Assembly (NCBI GenBank): GCA_964016885.1
Contig: OZ024743.1
Location: forward strand, 359,848,001-359,912,000
Origin: Eledone cirrhosa
Lineage: Eukaryota
Direction of reading: 5' to 3'
Length of the DNA: 64,000 bases
Program-made: the position numbers and the translations under genes
Shown: piece by piece, positions 27,356-37,384 of the stretch
Numbering within the stretch: position 1 is the stretch's first letter
Layout of the letters: every line of letters starts with the position of its first letter
Notes under the pieces: generated by a model
What the model was told of the DNA's origin: nothing
Databases searched by the model: none
The model's input: only the letters and a program-made list of their open reading frames with translations

Positions 27356-27582
27356 AATTTTTCAAAGAAATTTTTTTTTTGTTTGATAATTATAAAAAGT
27401 TTAAGTTTTGGGCTCCAGGCCCCAATATTTTTGAGTTTCCTTTTCAGAAATCAATGTATGTGCACTTATATACAGTTAACAATAAAAGTTTTCCATAAAT
27501 GGCAGTTTTAAACAACTGAAAATAACAAACCTATGCAGAGCTCACGATGATACGATTTACTACGTAGGTCGCCAATAATAAC

Positions 27583-27648
<66 letters not shown>

Positions 27649-27651
<3 letters not shown>

Positions 27652-27836
27652 TGTTTCTACTTTAGGCACAAGGCCAGCAATTAACCAGTGCATTACTGGT
27701 ACTTTATTTTCTCGACCCCGTATGGATGAAAGGCAAAGTCAACCTCGGCGAGATTTGAACTCATATCGTAAAGGGACGTAACTATGCTGGAAAGCATGGC
27801 GTCCGACCCTCCACCGATACTGCCAATCCACCGCCC
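27649..27836 (-). mobile_element. tRNA-derived SINE embedded in (AAT)n
   Basis: Full-length copy with A/B boxes; (AAT)n on both flanks. Confidence 0.92.
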
Positions 27837-27842
27837 TAATAA

Positions 27843-27902
<60 letters not shown>

Positions 27903-27904
<2 letters not shown>

Positions 27905-30107
27905 CCAGGCCCAGATGGTGTGCAGGGGTATTGGATTAAACATTTAACATCCCTCCACCCGAAGCTGACGGCCATGTTCAATGACTGCTTGGTGTCGGGT
28001 GAGGTGCCAGAGTGGTTGACAAAAGGTACCACAGTTCTGATAATGAAAGACCGAATCAAGGGTAATGATGTTAGCAACTATAGACCTATCACATGTCTGC
28101 CCGTAATGTGGAAACTGTTGACGAGCATTGTGTCTGAGGAAATCTACCATCACCTCCACACAAACAACTTGTTGCCGGACGAACAGAAAGGATGCCGAAA
28201 GAAGTCACGTGGTACAAAGGACCAGTTGCTTATTGATAAGATGGTAATGGGGAATTGCAGGAGGAGACACACTGATCTTGCCATGGGATGGATAGACTAC
28301 AGAAAGGCATTTGACATGGTGCCTCATTCCTGGATCACCAAAAGCCTGGAGATCTTCAGGGTGGCAGATAACATCAGACAGTTGCTGGGCAGGAGTATGG
28401 GGTCCTGGGAGACAGAGTTGACATCAACTGGAGTATCCTTGGGAAGCGTGAAGATCAAGAGAGGTATCTTCCAGGGAGATAGCCTGTCCCCTCTGTTGTT
28501 TGTCCTTGCCCTGATGCCCTTGACCATTATGCTGCGAAAAGTGAGAGCAGGATACAAGTTGGGAAGGGGAGAGCTTACCATCAATCACCTCCTCTTCATG
28601 GACGATCTTAAGCTCTTCGGGAAAAGTGAGAAGGAGTTGGATGTGCTTGTTGACACTGTCCGTATTTTCAGCAGTGATATATGTATGCAGTTTGGTATTG
28701 GTAAATGTGGAGTCATTGTGATGAGGAGGGGTAGGTTGAGCAGAAGTAACGGGATCCAGATACCAACAGGTGAGATGATAAAGGAAATTGACTCTGAGGA
28801 AGGATACAAGTATTTGGGCGTTCTGGAGGCTGATGGCATAAAGAACAAAAAAATGAAGGAATTGTTAAGAACTGAATACATTCGGAGAGTAAGGAGCGTA
28901 TTGAAGTCACATCTGAACAGCAGAAATGCCATAAGCGCAGTAAATTCCCGAGCTGTGTCTATTATTAGGTACAGTGCGGGAATTCTGAGATGGAATGTTG
29001 CTGAACAAAAAGAAATGGATAGGAAGACTAGGAAGCTATTGACTATCTACAACATGTTCCACAAGAGGAGTGATGTCGATAGACTCTACCTAAGGAGATC
29101 TGAGGGTGGAAGAGGTCTTATCAGCATAGAGGACTGTGTTCAGATGGAGAAAAACAACCTATACAAATACGTGACCTATAGTAAGGAGCCAATGCTCAGA
29201 GCTGTACTGAAGGAGGGGACAGTAGGCCAGGGGATACCCAAGGAGGAAATAACATCAAGGAGGAAGAGCAGCCTTAAGGGAAAATCCCTTCATAGTACCT
29301 TCTTTGAGAAAACTGAATTTAGAGATCCACAGACATGGAACTGGTTGAGAAGAGGAGACCTCAAAAAGGCTACAGAAGGAATGCTAATGGCTGCGCAGGA
29401 GCAGGCCCTCAAAACGAAGTGGTTGAAGCACCATATCTACAAGGAGGAGGCTAGCCCACTGTGCAGGATCTGTGGAGAGAGAGAGGAGACTGTGGCTCAC
29501 ATTGTGTCCCAGTGTAAACACCTAGCCCAGACCCACTATAAGGGCTGGAGACACGATGTGATGGGCAGGGTGATCCACTGGCACCTGTGCAAAGTAAGCA
29601 ATCTACCACATTCTGAGAAATGGTATGAGCATAGGCCAGAGGCGGTGATGGAGAACAGTCAGGTGAAGGTGCTGTGGGATTTTAGGATACAGACGGACAA
29701 AAAACTGGAACACAATAGACCTGACCTGGTGGTTGTGGACAAAGAAAAAAGATCGTGCCTGATTGTGGATGTGGCCTGCCCGTTCGACACGAGAGTGCAA
29801 GAGAAGGAGAGGGAGAAAATTAACCGATACCAGGACCTAAAGTGGGAGGTGAAAAGGATTTGGAACTGCCATGAAGTCAAAGTGATCCCGATTGTCATAG
29901 GCGCACTGGGGACTATCTCCAAAGGTTTCCAGGGATGGTTAAAGAAAATCGGCCCCTTCACGCTTTTTGGAACGCTTCAAAAGGCATGCTTGCTTGGAAC
30001 GGCAAGAACCCTCCGATACGTCCTGAATATCTGAGGCTGCAGGTAGTGGCTTGATATTCAATCCAACGGACTTTCCAGTTAACCAACATCAATGACTGAG
30101 ATTCAAG

Positions 30108-30109
<2 letters not shown>
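27903..30109 (+). mobile_element. R4/Dong-type non-LTR retrotransposon, 5'-truncated at RT domain 0
   Basis: Starts at PGPDGVQGYW directly after (AAT)n. ~75 bp 3' UTR runs into (AAT)n(AAG)n. Confidence 0.95.
27920..30034 (+). CDS. Reverse transcriptase + CCHC finger + restriction-like endonuclease (uninterrupted 704 aa, lacks N-terminus)
   Basis: NYRPITCL, WIDYRKAFDMVPH, RGIFQGDSLSP, HLLFMDDLK, YKYLG, CRIC..ETVAHIVSQC, RHD, RPD..D..EK..Y. Confidence 0.92.
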   Translation: MQGYWIKHLTSLHPKLTAMFNDCLVSGEVPEWLTKGTTVLIMKDRIKGNDVSNYRPITCLPVMWKLLTSIVSEEIYHHLHTNNLLPDEQKGCRKKSRGTKDQLLIDKMVMGNCRRRHTDLAMGWIDYRKAFDMVPHSWITKSLEIFRVADNIRQLLGRSMGSWETELTSTGVSLGSVKIKRGIFQGDSLSPLLFVLALMPLTIMLRKVRAGYKLGRGELTINHLLFMDDLKLFGKSEKELDVLVDTVRIFSSDICMQFGIGKCGVIVMRRGRLSRSNGIQIPTGEMIKEIDSEEGYKYLGVLEADGIKNKKMKELLRTEYIRRVRSVLKSHLNSRNAISAVNSRAVSIIRYSAGILRWNVAEQKEMDRKTRKLLTIYNMFHKRSDVDRLYLRRSEGGRGLISIEDCVQMEKNNLYKYVTYSKEPMLRAVLKEGTVGQGIPKEEITSRRKSSLKGKSLHSTFFEKTEFRDPQTWNWLRRGDLKKATEGMLMAAQEQALKTKWLKHHIYKEEASPLCRICGEREETVAHIVSQCKHLAQTHYKGWRHDVMGRVIHWHLCKVSNLPHSEKWYEHRPEAVMENSQVKVLWDFRIQTDKKLEHNRPDLVVVDKEKRSCLIVDVACPFDTRVQEKEREKINRYQDLKWEVKRIWNCHEVKVIPIVIGALGTISKGFQGWLKKIGPFTLFGTLQKACLLGTARTLRYVLNI

Positions 30110-30155
<46 letters not shown>

Positions 30156-31149
30156 GAAGAAGAAGAAGAAAAAAAGAAGAAGAAGACGCACGTGGTGGAT
30201 AGAAGGTCATGAAATCGCTCCCTTAAGTATTTGATTTTTAACATATTCAAAACAATTGTGATATAACAATTCTTAGTACAAATGATACATAAAGCACCAG
30301 ACTCAACTCTCAGAAAATTCGGATCCACAATATTCTGTTATATCGCTCAATTATTCAATTTTGTATTATAAATTTTATATTCAAAAAAGAAAATGGTTAT
30401 AAATGGAGGAAAAAAACCCCTCTGTCTACACTATATAGAACAGCCAAATAACAGCAATTTCACCAACACCACAAACTAGATACACCACCTATCCCATCAC
30501 CCCTCTGTGTACACTAAATACAACAGCCAGATAACGGCAATTTCACCACCACCACCACCAATCCCAGCATAATAATAATAATTACTATTATTATTGTCTA
30601 AAGTTTTCACAAAATGTTTAATTCCAATATTAAGAATATATGTCAACACATATATTAAACATACCGACAAACCACAATGATACACAGAAAAAAAAAACTA
30701 CAGTCTATTCAACAAAACTCAGTAACGACAACGACATCGCTAAAGTCACCGCCGCCACCACTCCATCCATCATTGCTACCACTATCCCATCACCACCGCC
30801 ACCACTCCTTCATTGCTATCACCACTATTCCCCCATTACTTTCTGTTAACTTAAGAAAGGGGAAGGTGGCGGTATCACTAGACAAGGGAGAGGCTAGCAA
30901 AAGATATCAATAGATTGACTTAGTGACCCGGCCACCGACCAAACGTCAACGACTATGGCACTGCTGGCTCCCGCCTTCCCCACCAACAATAGAGAAAGCC
31001 CCAGCTCCACCACCGACATAGCCAACAACAATAACAGGCAACCTCAGCAAAAAGTATATTATATTATTAATAATAATTTCATTCTTAAGCCACGCAATAC
31101 TCACATTAAGGAACCACTCATGATAATAACAATTTAAAATAACAACAAA

Positions 31150-34100
31150 AAAGAAAACCCCGTGACCAAGAAATGCCGGGATGGCGGCCGGCGGGGAATA
31201 GCCGTGTCTCTAGGGGAGGACGACCCCTCTAGTCATGGTTGACACTCGTCCTAGCAGTGGTAACACGAAATGATTACCCCTTGGCGGATAAGGATAAAAC
31301 GCGACAAAATAAAGTAAATGTCAAATGATAAAATCTCATACCGGATCGGCCGTCACCCGGGTCAAAAAGGGCCGCGTCCCTCAGAGAGGAACCAGACAGG
31401 GGTCGAAAAATCAGCTAATGGTTCAAACCTTCCCATCACTCCGGAGCTGGAGACCTCCCATAACCGGAATACTCCTACTGTTGGCCCTCCATGCTCACCA
31501 CCAAGAAATCCAAAGAAAAAGAGAGAAAAATGGTCAAGGGAAGACAATAAAGAAGTCCTTGAGGCTTTCTACACTACCATGTACTACCCATCAAATACAT
31601 CGAATACAGAACAGACATATATCAACTGGATAAAGAAGCATCCCGAAAACAGAGGCTATATTGACAGTAACAAACTAGCCAATATACGAAGAAATATTGT
31701 AAAAAAAAAAGTTACTAACTGATACAGAAATTGATCAGATCAAGCTATTAGCACAAAGTCAGCGAAGGGAAAATGAAACATGTGTCAGTGAAAACGAGGT
31801 AAATTGTAACACTTCGAATCCCAGGGTTGGGGCGGAATCACTGACAACAGAACAAATTAAAGAAAGGATCGAAAAAGTGGAGGGAGTGCATGCGCAAGAT
31901 GAAACTCAAAATGAAAAATCAATGAGATCGTAAATGATAAAGAAATGAATGAGAATGAACTTGCCAACTTGAAGAATGAAATTATGATCGAATGGATGAA
32001 AATGAAAGAATCTGAGATGGGGGAAGGTGACACCCTTCCTAAGATCCAGAACTCCAAACAGAACCAAAAGATAATACACAAGACTAACATAATTCTCAAA
32101 AACATTATCATCAGAAACAAACTAAAGATTACTGATTTAAATCATCTCTATTATGCATCAGCTAAAGTCACCACTCACTTATGTGGAGTCGAGATGAAAA
32201 AACAAAGGATTTCCCACAAAAAATCTACTTGGTAAGAGAACATCAATCGCCAAATAAACCTTCTCCGATCTGACATAGACATTTTAACAAACTATAAAGT
32301 AGATGAACATGTTAAACAAACTAAACTTAGAAAATTTAAAAGAAAGTACTGTATAAAATCAACAAGTGACATAGACATGCTGATAGAAATAATCAAGCAA
32401 AAAGTGTCGGCCAAAGCTGCTCGTATAAGGCGCTTTGAAAAACGATCTAGATTCTATAAGGACAATAATATGTTCAAAAACAACCAAAGAAACTTCTACA
32501 TAAAAATTGGTAAGTCAACAATGACTGCTAAATCAATACCACCCAAGGAGGAAGTGCAAGAATTCTGAGAAAAGATCTGGGCCGAAGAAAAAGTTCATAA
32601 TATTCATGACCCATGGATAAACAGACAAATGAAAGACAGCTCACCTTGAGGAACAAATATGGGAAAATATAACAGTTGAACAGTTGCGTTTGGCTCTTAG
32701 AAAAACCAGCAAATGGAAATCCCCAGGAAAAGACAAAATACAACATTTTTGGATAAATGCCTTCACAGAGTCTCATGAGCTGTTAGCCCAACTTTACAAT
32801 GAAATAGTTAAGGAGCCAGAAAAGATACCATCATGGCTTGTTAACGGCATTACATTCCTGCTTCCGAAGAATGATGAGACAAACAATCCCAACAATTACA
32901 GACCGATAACTTGCTTGACCACAATGTATAAAATTTTAACATCATTCCTAACTGAATATACATATGACCACCTGATAACAAATGACCTATTTCCCATTGA
33001 GCAGAAAGGGTGTAAACGAGGCTCATAGGGCTGTAAGGATCAGCTTTGGTTAACAAAATGATACTGGAAGATTGTCATAATAAACACAAAAATCTATCAA
33101 TTGCTTAGATAGATTATAAAAAAGCATTCGATAGTTTGCCACACAGTTGGATTGAAAAATGTTTAGAGATTTTCAAAATATCTCCCGTTGTCAGGAGGTT
33201 TTTGTCGTTCAGTATGAAGACATGGAAAACGACACTCCTTTTGAATAGTGAAACAAAATCACTGGAAGCTGGAGAAGTTGATATTAATTGTGGAATTTTT
33301 CAGGGTGACTCTTTATCACCGCTTTTATTCCGCATCGCACTTATACCATTAAGTAAAATGCTCAATGAAACAAAACATATATATAAAGTCTATGACAAAA
33401 CCATTAATCACTTGTTCTACATGGATGACCTGAAACTATTTGCAAAAAATGATGAACAATTGCAAGAGTTTTTATCCACCGTGGAGCAGTTCAGTGATGA
33501 CATTAAAATGGAGATTGTATTAGATAATGCGCCAAAGCAACGTTCACCAGAGGAAAGCTGCTGAAAAGTTCAGACATAAATCTTGATCGAGGGAATGTGA
33601 TAAGAGAACTTGATCAAGAGGAAACTTACAAATATCTAGGTGTTTGTGAAGGAGACGGAATCAAGCACTCGACAATGAGGGAAAGTATAAGGAAGGAATG
33701 TTACCGCAGAGTAAGAGCAATCTTAAGAACGGAATTGAATGCAAGGAATAGGATCGATGCCATAAACACGCTTGCCATACCAGTAGTAACCTACAGTTAC
33801 AATGTCATAAACTGGTCAAGCACAGAGATCCGTAGGCTCGATACAAATATTCGAAAATTCTTAACCATGCACAGAATGCATCACCCTAAGGCAGATACAG
33901 AGAGAATATATCTCCCTAGGAAAGATGGAGGACGTGGGTTAATCAAGTTAGACATTGCGTTGAAAACTGCAACAATTGGATTATATACATATCTAAGGGA
34001 ATCACATGATTGGATGATCAAACTCGTTTTGAAACACGAAAGCATCAAAAGATCATACTCCATTACAAAAGATGCACAAAGATACAGTAACGGACTACAA

Positions 34101-34625
34101 ATATCCGAAGTCCCATTTACTGCTGAAATGGAAAACACAGAAAAAGCAAAGCAGGTAAAAGTAACTGCAAAGAAAGAACTGCTACAGAAACTGGCTAAGA
34201 AATGGCAAGAAAAGCCTGTGTATGGAAAATAACCAGAACGAGCTAACAATCCTGATGTTGACAAAACTTTAACCCATCAGTGGTTGGCATCCTCTGGACT
34301 GAAATCGGAGACTGAAGGACTGATTATATCAGCACAAGATCAGTGTCTGCCAACAAAAAATTACCAAGCCAACATAATAAAAAATGGATGCAGCCCATTA
34401 TGCCGTGTATGTAAAAAACAACCAGAGACCATTGACCATATAATTTCAATGTGCAGTCCTATAGCTCCAACCGAATACCTAAACAGGCATGACAGAGCTG
34501 CACAATACATACATTGGATAATGTGTAAGTATATTGACCTGCCCCATCAAAAGAATTGGTGGGAGCATCAACCACCTCCCATACTTGAAAAAGATCACAT
34601 CTTAATCTTGTGGAACTTTAGCATC
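31150..34625 (+). mobile_element. Older near-full-length R4/Dong-type element (5' UTR + disrupted ORF)
   Basis: N-terminal KREKWSREDNKEVLEAFY; WKSPGKDKIQHFW, NYRPITCL, GIFQGDSLSP, HLFYMDDLK, CRVC..ETIDHIISMC, RHD. Many stops; ends abruptly at ILWNFSIQ. Confidence 0.9.
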
Positions 34626-34629
34626 CAGC

Positions 34630-36075
34630 AAACTTTAGCATCGCAGCAATCCAACCCCTGAAAACGGGCCCAAAGTCGGCCGTCTCGATGACCGCCGCCA
34701 GGTACCGATGGTCGACCTTATCAAATGCTTTAGATTGATACAAGTTTATCAGGGAGCCTCTCGTACCGGGTTCCTTAACCAACCTCTCTATGATGTATCG
34801 CATGAGGTAGACTTTGAGGTGGATGGATCTTTCCGGAATGGCACAAGTCTGCGCCTCTCATACCAGATCACCGACGACAAGCGCCTATTTCGTTGCTAAC
34901 ACCTTGGCCAAAATCTTGAACTCTGGATTTAGCAGAGTTAAGGGCCTGGAGTTATCTATAACCTCCGCCTCGTTCGGGTCTTTTATCAGCAGAGCCACCG
35001 CTCCCCTGCTCACAGAACCGGGAATGCTACGTACTGCTGCCAGTTGCAGTAGTCGTCTGCCACGAGGTCACCGAAAAAGTCTAGCATGCACGCATAAATC
35101 TCGCAGGGCAGTCTATCTGAAGCTGGCGATTTGTCCCTCATGCAGTCAGATATCGCTTCCTGTATTTCATCGGCTGTTATCGGCTTTTCGCAACACTGCA
35201 CTGCGGACGTCGAAAGCCGCGGTAGTCAGTCGAGGTATTCAGCGAGGTCCATATTCCTATCCGGCCCACCGCCTTTCCCGAACAGTTGAGCAAAGTGCTG
35301 CTGAAAAGCCTCACACATCTGCTCGGGTTCGAGCAACATGCTCCCCTCGTGTCTCAGAGCACTCGCTCTAGCTCTGACAACGCAGCCTTCGTGCTTTGCG
35401 TTGAAGAATTGATCGAGGTCCAGTTTCGCTGCAAGCACGTTGGTCGCGATGACTTTACTATGAGCCTCGTTTAGTTTTCTAACTACTTCTCCCTCTGCTT
35501 TATTCATCTTTATTGCTAACGCCTAACTAAATTTAATAGATTCTGTTCTAATCGCCCTTGTCAGAGCGAACCACCATTTGTTGTTGACGACTGCCCCCCG
35601 TCAACGCCCGCTTAACTAGTTCGCTAAACCTGTATCTGTAGAATTAGTAACCGGGTCGCTGTCTATTAAGCCTATCTACGTCGACCACACAGATCACGAA
35701 TTTGTGGTCCGTGTAGTCGACTATCTTGAATTGTGGACAACCTATGCTAGAACTATCTACTACCTTAGAAAATACTCCGTCTAGATACGATCTGGATGAC
35801 CTGATGGGGTTTTTCTATGTCCAAATTGGCACATTCAGGAAATACAGTCGGTACCTGTCAGACAGTTGGAAACGTCGGAGCAGGTTTGCGAGGCTTTTTC
35901 ACCCCCGACCCTATCGACCAATCCCACACAATCCCAGCGCGATTGCAAGATCTCGTTCCATTCGCCCACTAACTAGGAATGTCTCCAGACGCTTGAAGAA
36001 ATCAGGCCGTCAAACCCCGGTTGAGGCATAAACAGCCTCTAGCCTACAAGCATAGCCTCCGCTGCTTTTGATATA
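34630..36075 (-). mobile_element. Internal Tx1 ORF2 fragment (EN to RT), decayed
   Basis: Collinear with ~23560-25100 (NLYQSKAFDKVDHRYL, KHEGCVVRAR). Confidence 0.85.
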
Positions 36076-36084
36076 TAAAACTAT

Positions 36085-37150
36085 ACTTCAGGATAGCAAG
36101 AGTAGAAAAGCGAACTTGACTATGCCCTGGATCGATTATCGCTAATGCTATGTTATGATTCCGCACTCTTGCGTTAACCTATTTGATATTGCATCAAATG
36201 TTGAGCGATTCTTAATAAAAAGTATGTAAGAGTGAAAGACTGAAGTGGCAGCACACGGAGGAAAGTAAGGTACTATAGCAGTCAAGAATGGTACATTCCA
36301 AAGAGACAGCCTGTCACCACTGGTGTTTATTCTGTACATGATACCACTGAAAATGATTTTGAGAAAAGCTAAGGCTGGGTATGAATTCAAAGGTCACAAG
36401 CAAAACACCAACCACTTATTATTCATGGACGACGTCAAGCTTTATGGTAGGAATGACTCCCAGCTTGGTTCCCTCGTTGATACGGTAAATATATTTAGTG
36501 TTGACAGCAGAATGGAATTTGGATTAAAAACGTGTGATGTGTTCATCTTGAACAGAGGCAACATTAAAAGCATTGAGGGGTTGCTGCTGCCACCTGGAAA
36601 GGCTATGAAGCAAATAGAAGAGGATGGTTATAAGAACTTGGGGATATTGGAAGTTGATAAGATAATTCAGGAGGAAATTAAAGACAAATTTAGGGTCGAA
36701 TACATGCGTAGGCGAACTTATTCTCAAGTCGAAACTAAATGGACGGAATAAGATGGAAGCTATCAATACATGGGTGATATCACTCCTTAGATATGGGACG
36801 GGGGTATCACGTGGACAGTAGTAGAACTAAACAGTTTAGACCGAAAGACAAGAAAAATATTGACCAGATATGGGGTATTTCACCCAAAGAGCGACACAGA
36901 CAGATTATATGTGTCAAGAAGAAAAGAAGGAAGAGGACTGATAGGGTGTGCAAACAACATTAGAACAGAAGAAAATAATATGGTGTGGTAAACTACAAAA
37001 TCCACAGAACCGCTGTCGCTGGAAGTACAGAAGGTCAGGCATGTGCAAAATAGGAGAATTGCAAGGAAAAATCGCAAACAGACATTTGAAGATGGATGAA
37101 ACTGAAAAGTAGATAGACAGAGAAAATAATGTAGGGACAATTAAAAAAAA
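36085..37150 (+). mobile_element. Decayed R4/Dong-type RT fragment
   Basis: WIDYR, GTFQRDSLSPL, HLLFMDDVKLYG, YKNLG, HPKSDTDRLYVSRRKEGRGL. Confidence 0.85.
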
Positions 37151-37305
37151 ATGCAATGCTGAGAAGAGCTCGAATACTCCGGGGGGGGGGGGGGTAATCG
37201 AAAAATAACAGGTGTTAAATAACGGGTGTTACCTCAGTTCACTGGTAGTGAACAACTAAAACTGTAATATATCTACAGCTGAGCGAAGAAATAATAATAA
37301 TAATA

Positions 37306-37378
37306 ATTGTTTCTACTATTGGCACAAGGCCAGCAAATATCCAGTATATTACTGATATTTTATTTTATCGACCCCTTA
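37306..37378 (-). mobile_element. SINE 3' fragment next to (AAT)n
   Basis: TTGTTTCTACTATTGGCACAAGGCCAGCAA..TTTTATCGACCCC matches the SINE 3' half. Confidence 0.8.
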
Positions 37379-37384
37379 ATGATG

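Larger units (their letters stand above)
21775..27573 (-). mobile_element. Full-length, frameshifted Tx1/L1-type LINE (~5.8 kb)
   Basis: 5' UTR, ORF1, ORF2 and 3' UTR with AATAAA; bounded exactly by (AAT)n tracts at 21725-21774 and 27574-27650. Confidence 0.92.
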
